The notes beneath the pieces are model-generated. The model saw only the letters and a program-made list of their open reading frames with translations, made no database searches and was not told the origin of the DNA. A program made the translations under genes and the position numbers. This document shows, piece by piece, positions 55,611-64,000 of a stretch of DNA of 64,000 nt (positions are counted from its first letter, which is position 1; every line of letters begins with the position of its first letter). Source of the stretch: Lytechinus pictus (lineage: Eukaryota); NCBI RefSeq assembly GCF_037042905.1, contig NC_087251.1, positions 43,340,001 through 43,404,000 of the forward strand, given 5' to 3'.

Positions 55611-56044
55611 CATAACCACGGTTTCAATATTGAGATGTATAAAAAATGAAGATATTCTTTCTCCTCTTCCTCCTCTATCTTCTCCTCGTCCTCTTTCTCT
55701 CCTCTCCACCTTCTCCTCTTCACTCTTCCCCCTCAAGCTCATTCTCCATCTGTCTCATCTGCGGATTCCATGTCGGGCAACACATGTCTGCCCATATCGT
55801 TCCTGCTGGATGCATTTTAGATTTTTCTTTTATTTTGCCGGAAGCTATACAGAATAGCACTTTCAAATCGGTGTTTACATTTTGCCGAAAATGTCTCCGA
55901 GGTCTTTCATCAATATTTAGTCTATTAGAATCAAACTTGAGTTAAAAGGGAGCGGTATGGGTAGGGAGCAGGTTGGTGAGGTGCAATTGTCATGAATGCG
56001 AATAAATCCTCTATTAAACATGTTAAATAGAGACCCCCAAATTT

Positions 56045-56206
56045 ATAGATAAATAACTCTAAGAAGAAACATACAAACAATAAGTAAGTAAATAGATGAA
56101 TAAATAAATAGATAGGTAAATAAATAAACAAATGAACAAATATATGAATGAATAAATGGATGAATTGATAAATAAATAAATAAATAAATAGATAAATAAA
56201 TAAATT

Positions 56207-56256
<50 letters not shown>

Positions 56257-56300
56257 AAGATAGATAGATAAATAACTAAATGAATAAATAAATAAAATAC
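56045..56300. repeat. (TAAA)n/(GATA)n microsatellite complex
   Basis: Direct reading. Confidence 0.9.
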
Positions 56301-57765
56301 ATATATACATCTATATACCAAATGAAAACAATTATGAAATAAATTAATAGGAAATAAACAAACAAAGTAATCGTCATGATCATCATGAATAATATTTTAA
56401 CCATCTCAGGCTCCATATACCCATTTCAATTTTTTAAAAGATGAGTTTAAAATTATACCGATATTTTCGGTTCATTATCAGTGTTATTGCTTCATGTATT
56501 TTATATAGTACCAAACGTTCCCATAATGCATTAGAGAATACACAGTGGCCTAACAATTGCCATCAGTCAGTAAATATTTTATCGCTGCACTGATCTGAAG
56601 ACTTCTGGAATTCATCTTTAGCATTGCTCTGTGTTTAATGAAATATTGCACATTCCCCTCTCTAGAAAATAAACAACTTTTAAGACTTCCCGTGACGTAA
56701 TCCAAACATCCTATTTTGAGAACGGTCTGCATGCCTTGAGTCTACATGAGAACAGTATACTAGTGGAAATGTATTCCATATGTCTAGCTGCATGAGTTTA
56801 ATAGCTACTCACTCTATCACCTGTCGCACCTGGGGGGTTACAAATATTTGTGAACGCATGCCTATACGTATCGCATGCCTTTTATTACCAGCCTGCCGGT
56901 GTGTGGTGTACACACAATGGCATGCGATCCACAGTAGATCGTAACATACCGTACTGGTGGGTGTTCAACTCTAGTTACCCCTCCATGATCCCCCTTGCTC
57001 TTCCTCCCACTTCTTCCTCTCTTCCCCACCATCCCTCCATTTATTTATCCTTTTCTTTCTTTATTTCTCTCTCTCCACCTCTCTCCCCCCCTCTCTCTCT
57101 CGTAATTATTGTCCTATATAGAAGCTACAACTTTATATGTTTCGCTCTTAAAACGTGCGCCGCTCATATCGCTACTCTTCCCTTTTTTCCTTTCATTTTT
57201 TCATCTCTCCGCATCTACTAGTAGACCAAAAAGAGTTTTGTTTTGTTTTATCTTGGTGGCTGCGTTCTGTAAGTCTTCTTGCAAATATATACTTATATAA
57301 CAAATTTTCAGATTTTATGTTTATCAGGCTTAAACCCTCTTATCTTAATAATCGTATAAATATCAAAATCAAATATCAGCGTATCCGAGGCATGGGAGAA
57401 TGCAGCGTTCACACTATGAATGAAAATACATGCAGTAGAAAACAAAGTAAATAGAGGGAAAACGTTATTTTATTTTCTGCTAATGTAGAATAGGCCTATA
57501 TTATTCCACTAGAGCTGATTTATACCATTCGATAATAATTATCTTAATCAGTTAGTATCATAAAGCTGTAAAGAGTTTTTAGAATGAAATAACATTTTAT
57601 AATTGTCAGAATCAAATGGCTCACGGGTTTTGGGGCAAAACGTTTACCAATTATGCAGCAATTACTGCATCTGAAAACGATATTCTTTAAAGAGAAAACG
57701 CAAACAATGTCTCCAACTACTCTACAACTCCAGGGTTTTACCCATCTTCTACACTGTTACGTCAC

Positions 57766-57875
57766 GCTACAGTTACACTTGAAACCGACTCCAGACCGAA
57801 CAAAGCTATTACATTATTTCTAATGACATCGGTCATCGGTCGGTTTGGAGTCGGTTTCGTCAGTGTGACTGTAGC
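57766..57875. mobile_element. ~110-bp hairpin MITE family copy
   Basis: GCTACAGTTACACTTGAAACCGACTCCAGACCG ... CGGTTTGGAGTCGGTTTCGTCAGTGTGACTGTAGC. Confidence 0.75.
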
Positions 57876-59349
57876 CATAAAGTGCGCAATGCGTCAATTT
57901 ATTGGTCTAGAAAAAGTGCATTGACTCCAACATGAATTCATCGCGCTCTAAGTCGATATTAGAGAACAAGGCTATTACCAAAACCTAATTAAAATGTATT
58001 TAAACAGCTACCTCAGGCGTTAAGCGATTTTTGACATTTGAATTCAGTAAGGTAGATCATAGGTCCACGATTAGAGCCATGATATAGGTGAAGCTTGGTA
58101 ACACTACTGATGTGAGAAGTACTTATCAGGAGTGAGGTTGGATCATGTCACATGAGACGGGGGCATTTAGTGATGCTGATTGCATCCGAATGGCATAACA
58201 CAGGGATGATAACATTCTTGATCTTTGTCTGAGATGGGCTGATTGTCCAAGCTGGGTCGGTATATGACGATGGGACACACCCGATGGAAGTAGGTGAAAG
58301 GGGAAAAGCATTATGCGATGAAAAGACGAGGAAATGAAATGACGGAAATTAAGAAGATGTGCAAAATGGAGGGAAAAATAGAAATATGAAGTAAGGTGTA
58401 AAGATGAAGATGAACAACTAGCAGAAATGGAGTATGGGAGAGAGACATACATGGAGAGAAAGAGGGAGAAAGAAAGATAGAAAGTTAGGACGAGAGAGAT
58501 CGAGAGTGTGGGGGTAGGTTAATGATGGAATGGAGCACATACATGTGGATGTTGGGTAGGATTCTTATTTTCCTCTGAGGGAGCAAAACATTATAAGGCG
58601 AATGTGATTATAACATTAAAAAAAAAAACGACGGGGATGTGGAGAAGGTGAAGGAAATGTAAATCACTTAGGGAACAGAATCTTTGAATAATACGTGGAA
58701 TTACAAATTGGGTTTGAATGTTATACATGTACCCACTTAGTGAATATTTGACAACTCAAATGCTGATATTTACCGACAAAATTCTATAATCAGTAGACGA
58801 CACTCGTAATTTTCTGTAACGATCCTTCAATTTGAGGAAAAGAATACCATTTGAAAATTAATCTTAAGATATATGTAAACCGGATGCAGAGCCATAGCGG
58901 GACAACCAACGCCAAATCATAAATATGTCTTTCTTAGCACGGCTGTAAGTAATCAGTGTTTGCGCTATTTGACAGACTCTCAATATTTGTCACGTCTGCC
59001 CCATACATCATGTTAAATCACGCCCAATCAGTACTCAGGTTCAAATTCTTGTTTCAATCATACTTGATGTACAGTGATGTAAATTATCTCCTTCACATAC
59101 AACATTTGTACATTGGTTTTTCGAAATGGAAGTAGATACACCTGATAGCGTGGTAGAAAAATATACATGTATATATATCAGATCTAATCCGCACTGATTG
59201 TAATTGATCGCATTATGACATCACCATCCAATCTGATTAAATAAGTGTAGTGTACGCATCAATGTGATTGCCTAGTAATTAACTTCTGAGCTGATAGGAT
59301 AGCTATACCATTGAACTGTTTGGGGGCGGATAGAAGGATTAATTATGGC

Positions 59350-59531
59350 GAGAAGAGAAGAGAAGAGAAGAGAAGAGAAGAGAAGAGAAGAGAAGAGAAG
59401 AGAAGAGAAGAGAAGAGAAGAGAAGAGAAGAGAAGAGAAGAGAAGAGAAGAGAAGAGAAGAGAAGAGAAGAGAAGAGAAGAGAAGAGAAGAGAAGAGAAG
59501 AGAAGAGAAGAGAAGAGAAGAGAAGAGAAGA
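59350..59531. repeat. (GAGAA)n pentanucleotide microsatellite
   Basis: Perfect run of about 180 bp. Confidence 0.95.
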
Positions 59532-59912
59532 GGAGAGGAGGTGGAAAGGGACCAATCGCAAAGGTTAGACATAGACAGGTGATAATAGGGAATGGATTGC
59601 CGATACGCTGATTAGGAGAGAGAGAGAAAGAGATGTCAACGGATTCTCGCTTACTGGTGCCTTTTTAGGGGGTAGGAGGGGGTGGTATTTTTCAACATTT
59701 GTTTTCTTCAGAATTGCCCCTGTAACATCTTCCGATTTGACAATTTGACAAATTCAATAAAAAAGTAATTATCCATCAAAATAATTGGGAATTATATACA
59801 TGATCTAGATCTGGAACATTTGCCAAAATAGTACGTCGTTTACCTAAAACTGAACCCCGTCAAATTCTTTGCCTCGATACGCCACTGCAATAGGGCTTTT
59901 TTTAATACGCTG

Positions 59913-60129
59913 ATAATAATTCATATTTACCAAGGGTAGCCACTACAGATTTACACAATGTTATTACCATGGATACTAGTAGGATCCATAGTTATTACTA
60001 CCCTTCTCCATTCTATAAAATTCGAGCGCCTGACATAATGCAAATTTTTTAAGTCTTTGGTATGACTCGGCCGGGGATCGAACCCACGACCTCCCGTTTA
60101 CGAGGCGGGTACATTGAGCCACCATGTCC
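59913..60129 (-). mobile_element. tRNA-derived SINE (second family)
   Basis: Head GGACATGGTGGCTCAATG...GGTTCGATCCCCGGCCGAGTCATACCAAAGAC with A/B boxes and a short TAT tail. Confidence 0.75.
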
Positions 60130-61963
60130 AGTTCGGTGTACCTGAATATTATAACAGAAACGTCAAATTAGCCCCCCCCCCCCCCCCCCCCAAAAAAAAA
60201 AAAAAAAAAAAAAAAAAAGGTAGAAAGAAGAAAATAATATCATGTCCAATATCAATGACTTTCTCTTGTGTTCTCTTCACAAAGTAACAACAATATTTCG
60301 AAGTTAATTACAAAAGAGGTAAGTACCAACTTCATATTTTTTTCTATTCAGTCCTTTTCTTCTCCGAAATCGAGATTACTCTAGTTGGCATCGCGACGCG
60401 AAATGGAGGCATCGGCTCACCTCTGGGCATCTATCGCTTTTGGTTTATTTCCGGAGAGAACTTGATGAGATGGAAAGTGCATCAAGGTAGGTACCCCTAA
60501 TTACATATCAGACATGTCCCACTGATACTTTGACATATTCAGCTGTTTCTTGATTCCCCAATGGCCCACCGATACCTTGGCTTTCGCACCTCTTACCAAC
60601 AATATCCAGTTCACGGGGCTCATTATGAAATTCAAATGATCTCCTCGCTCTCCTTTTTCTAATCCCTGAAGCAGAGGCTGTAGACAGTTCTGTTTGAAGA
60701 AAATGATCTACTGACTTAATGATGAATGCATGAGCCTGATCTATAAACTTCTATAAGGCTGAAACAATCGGATGAAATATTAATTAGCCTTTTTTCATCT
60801 GTTTACATTTTGAATGAATTATTTCATTCCCATTTTCAACATTTACCTATCATTCAATCATTTTAGCAATTCATTGACGTTTTTATTTTGCAATGCATGA
60901 TTAACTTCTCTTTCCCAGTGTTATTTTTTTTATCGAAATATGTTTTATTTATCTGTGTACTCAAACTGCTACGACATAAATAAAATATATGTTTCCATGA
61001 AATAAATATTTTTTTCCAATTGCAATTATGAATTGATATCACAAAAACATCCATGTTCAGCATTGTGTGCGGGTTCTTTTCAGTTTCAATAAAGTAACAA
61101 TATAAAAGGATCGCTTCTTCGAAGCTCTGCTATTCTACAATTCTTCCATTTTTGTTTACCTATCTTCTTTTTGTCTGGTTTGATTTTTCTATTTTTTTCC
61201 TTTATTTATTTCTTGTTTGAAATTGTTTCATTCCTTGATATCTCACTTAATGTTATTTCTTCTTCTCTCTCATACATCCCACTCTCTTCCTCTCCCTCTC
61301 ATTGTCTGTGTCTCTCTCTCTTTATCTCTCTCCCTCTCTCTCTATCCTTTTCTCTCTCTGTCTTTCAACTATTTAATTTCAGTTCATTATTCCACTTTGC
61401 TGCCATATTCGAACAATTTCAATAGCTCTCGTCCTCCATTAATTTAGATAGTAATGCAGCTTATTATATTGTTGATGGATGGCGCCTTATTCTGGCCCAC
61501 ATTATGCCAACATTCAAATCACATTACCTATCAATGCGCCTCTACATCCTCTAAATAATGAAATAGTTCGGCTTCATTGCTGATTAAAATAAACCCGATA
61601 AAATACTTCAAAGGGGCCGCCAAGATCTATTTCTTCTAAGATCGAATTACACATCATGATGCCAGCGAATATACTTAAATATTGATATCACAAATGTGTT
61701 TACCATGTGTGCATGCCATAAAATTACATTGGTTATAATCACGGAATCATTATATACATAAAGCCATTAGGAGATCTTATGACACTAAACTTGATTCGAA
61801 AGATTTCTTTCGGGCTTGAGCATATTCTTGATTACTATTTTACAGTATTTTATTATCGTTATTACTTGTATTATCTCCACACCGCCGCAGCCACCACCAC
61901 CATTATCATCAACATCATCATAATCATCATCATCATTTTTGTTATTACCACCACCACCATTTC

Positions 61964-62001
61964 CAGTAGTAGTAGGTGTAGTAGTAGTAGTAGTAGTAGG
62001 T

Positions 62002-62037
<36 letters not shown>

Positions 62038-62203
62038 GTAGTAGTAGTGGCAGTAGAAGTAGAAGCAGTAGTAGTAGTAGTAGAGGTAGCAGTAGTAGTA
62101 GTAGTAGAGGTAGCAGTAGTAAAAGCAGTATTATTATTAGTATCATGCGTAGAAGTAAGTAGTTTTAGTAGTAGTAGCAGCAGTAGTAGTAATAGTAGTA
62201 GTT

Positions 62204-62258
<55 letters not shown>

Positions 62259-62272
62259 CAGTAGTAGTACAT

Positions 62273-62330
<58 letters not shown>

Positions 62331-62364
62331 CAGTAGTAGTAGTACATGTAGTAGTAGTAGTAGC

Positions 62365-62402
<38 letters not shown>

Positions 62403-62445
62403 CAGCAGCAGCAGCATCAGTAAAGCAGCAGTAGTAGTGGTAGTA
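61964..62445. repeat. (AGT)n/(AGC) trinucleotide microsatellite
   Basis: Direct reading; explains the poly-S/V/L/T/Y ORFs. Confidence 0.95.
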
Positions 62446-62857
62446 TTTGTCATCGTCATCATCGTCGTCGTCGTTGTGGTAGCAGTAATTACCAGGAGCA
62501 GATTAACTCTATTGATAACCATCACTATCTTAATGAAAATAATACTGGTACCAATGTCAGATCTCGATGAAAATCAGTCGTCACATTTCTTTCACCACTC
62601 CACCACAGGTTCCCGCCTAAGCAGTCAAGCCCAGCCAAGCGTTCATACAGTCATTATACCGCCGTTCATAATTACACCAGATTCTTTCCACTTGACCACG
62701 GCTCAGTCAATCGTCTCTCACTAGGGAGGAAAAAACTGATATAATTTCAATACCATCATTTCCTAATTACTCTGACCCGTGTGATTAATTAGTATAAATA
62801 CCCCCCGATGAATGCGGGTTTAATCGTTCATTATTATGTTGCCTTGGTGTGCATAAA

Positions 62858-63097
62858 CACTGCAAAAACTCCGGTGTTGATTTAACACCAGCCCGGAATC
62901 TATATTTGTCCACACCAGAGAAGTATTGAAACAACACCAGTTTGGAATCAAACCGATGCTGTTTTAATACTAATTGGTGTTGTATAAACACCATCTGGTG
63001 TTAGACCAAAACGAAACTGGTGTTGTTTAACACTTCTCTGATGTGGACATATATAGATTCCGGGCTGGTGTTAAATCACACCATAGTTTTTGCAGTG
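62858..63097. mobile_element. CACTG-terminus (CACTA/EnSpm-like) MITE, 240 bp
   Basis: CACTGCAAAAACTCCGGTG ... GTTTTTGCAGTG with long TIRs. Confidence 0.85.
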
Positions 63098-64000
63098 TAG
63101 GGAGAGGAAAGTATGGTTACGACATGGGAGGTATGTCTCCTTTGTATGTTTGTTCGTCTGTATGATGTCTATTTAATTAATGTAGGGATGGATACATAAT
63201 TTTATTTCAACATACGGATCTGTTTACTACTTGTAATATCATCAACATTTGGAGCAACATTGTATATAGTTTCAGTTCTTCATCATCTTAAGTTTACAAG
63301 AATGGGATGAAATATACTTGTCGATAGCAATACGCATTGAGCTATATATATTTTAAAATACTTTTTTACTTCTTCAACATCTTATGAAGACGAGCATGTC
63401 TCAGATGTTGTGGATAGTAAAGCTTTCGGTTCTTAGCCTTCTTCAGTATATTTGTTAAATGAAACAAAATGAAGGAAGAGGTACAAATCTGAAAGCAGAT
63501 GAAACAAAAGAACATTATCGATCAATTTTTATGAATTAATATTAATATCTACCTATAAATTACAATATAATCAAAAGGTGTATGCCTTCATTCTTCAACA
63601 TCTTAGGTAGACGAGATTAACAAAATAGCTATTTATAGGATAGTAGAGGTGAAGGTATTACTTTAAGAAAAAAAACCCCGCAGAGTTCAAGAACCTACAG
63701 ATAGGCCCAGTCAAATCCCTCACCTGTATAGAATAAGAAAACTCCCTGAAGATGACTTTTAAGCAACATCTTACATTTGAGAAGAAGATTATCTCCTTAT
63801 TACCCAATTAACCGTCAACTAAAAAGCTCTCGATACATGAATTTGTATTCTATTCTTCTCTCATGGACACTTGTTAACATCCTATTAATACCATCACTCT
63901 GACCGTACACAACAAACGGCTTCGGATATATGGGCTGGCAAAGAGCGGGGGAGAAGTATTAAAAGGCCCTCGGGTTGCAATTTGGGATAGCGGCAATCGA

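Larger units (their letters stand above)
39480..64000 (-). pseudogene. Continuation of the decayed Sushi/CCP array to the window edge
   Basis: PTGFYQYG (~39512-39536); QIGAKRTFEHVKG (~41452-41492); STCLLS (~44212-44228); ICPEG and VGIQSDEG (45091-45408); HSPPRCRR (~46519-46543); KLLGVSNRF (49719-49958); RLSGSRT and SGTVINILCKS (50439-50962); TTLRCRKG*LL (~51658-51692); TWNDISP (~53036-53056); IITGSKRLT*E (~53739-53770); LKIGCLDYVTGSLKSCL (56550-56732); ICNPPG (~56828-56846); NCLQP...GDHLNF...GHW (~60558-60690); LDCLGGNLWWSGE (~62590-62629); PKPFVVYGQS (~63897-63926). Confidence 0.75.

Noticed and set aside
60352..60486. Apparent 135-nt plus-strand exon (AG...GT), vaguely F5/8-like
   Set aside because: It is isolated with no partner exons, and the minus strand reads as a CCP remnant (PSHQVLSGN...QR*AD).
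59311..62724. Long low-complexity ORFs (REEKR repeats, poly-S/V/L/T/Y)
   Set aside because: They are translations of (GAGAA)n and (AGT)n microsatellites.

Overview
AT-rich, intron- and repeat-laden animal genomic DNA. The SINE/MITE families and KIF26 exon suggest an invertebrate deuterostome, probably a sea urchin (inference). I can support only one intact coding exon: the first coding exon of a kinesin-11 (KIF26A/B-like) gene on the minus strand (ATG 7833, donor after 7516). Its probable promoter/first exon lies near 14.7-15.2 kb, where a CpG-poor gene body gives way to CpG-normal DNA. The main surprise is that most apparently non-coding, non-repeat DNA from about 0.6 kb to the window end reads, on the minus strand, as frameshifted and stop-ridden Sushi/CCP (SCR) modules. 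I found motif fragments by eye in more than 60 separate segments. The window therefore looks like the fossil of a giant tandem-CCP gene or gene array, with the KIF26 5' exons embedded in it on the same strand. Younger tRNA-derived SINEs, many MITEs (Harbinger-, Kolobok-, Tc1-, CACTA-, hAT-like), a foldback element and microsatellites lie on top. All domain calls come from manual motif recognition and need HMM confirmation.
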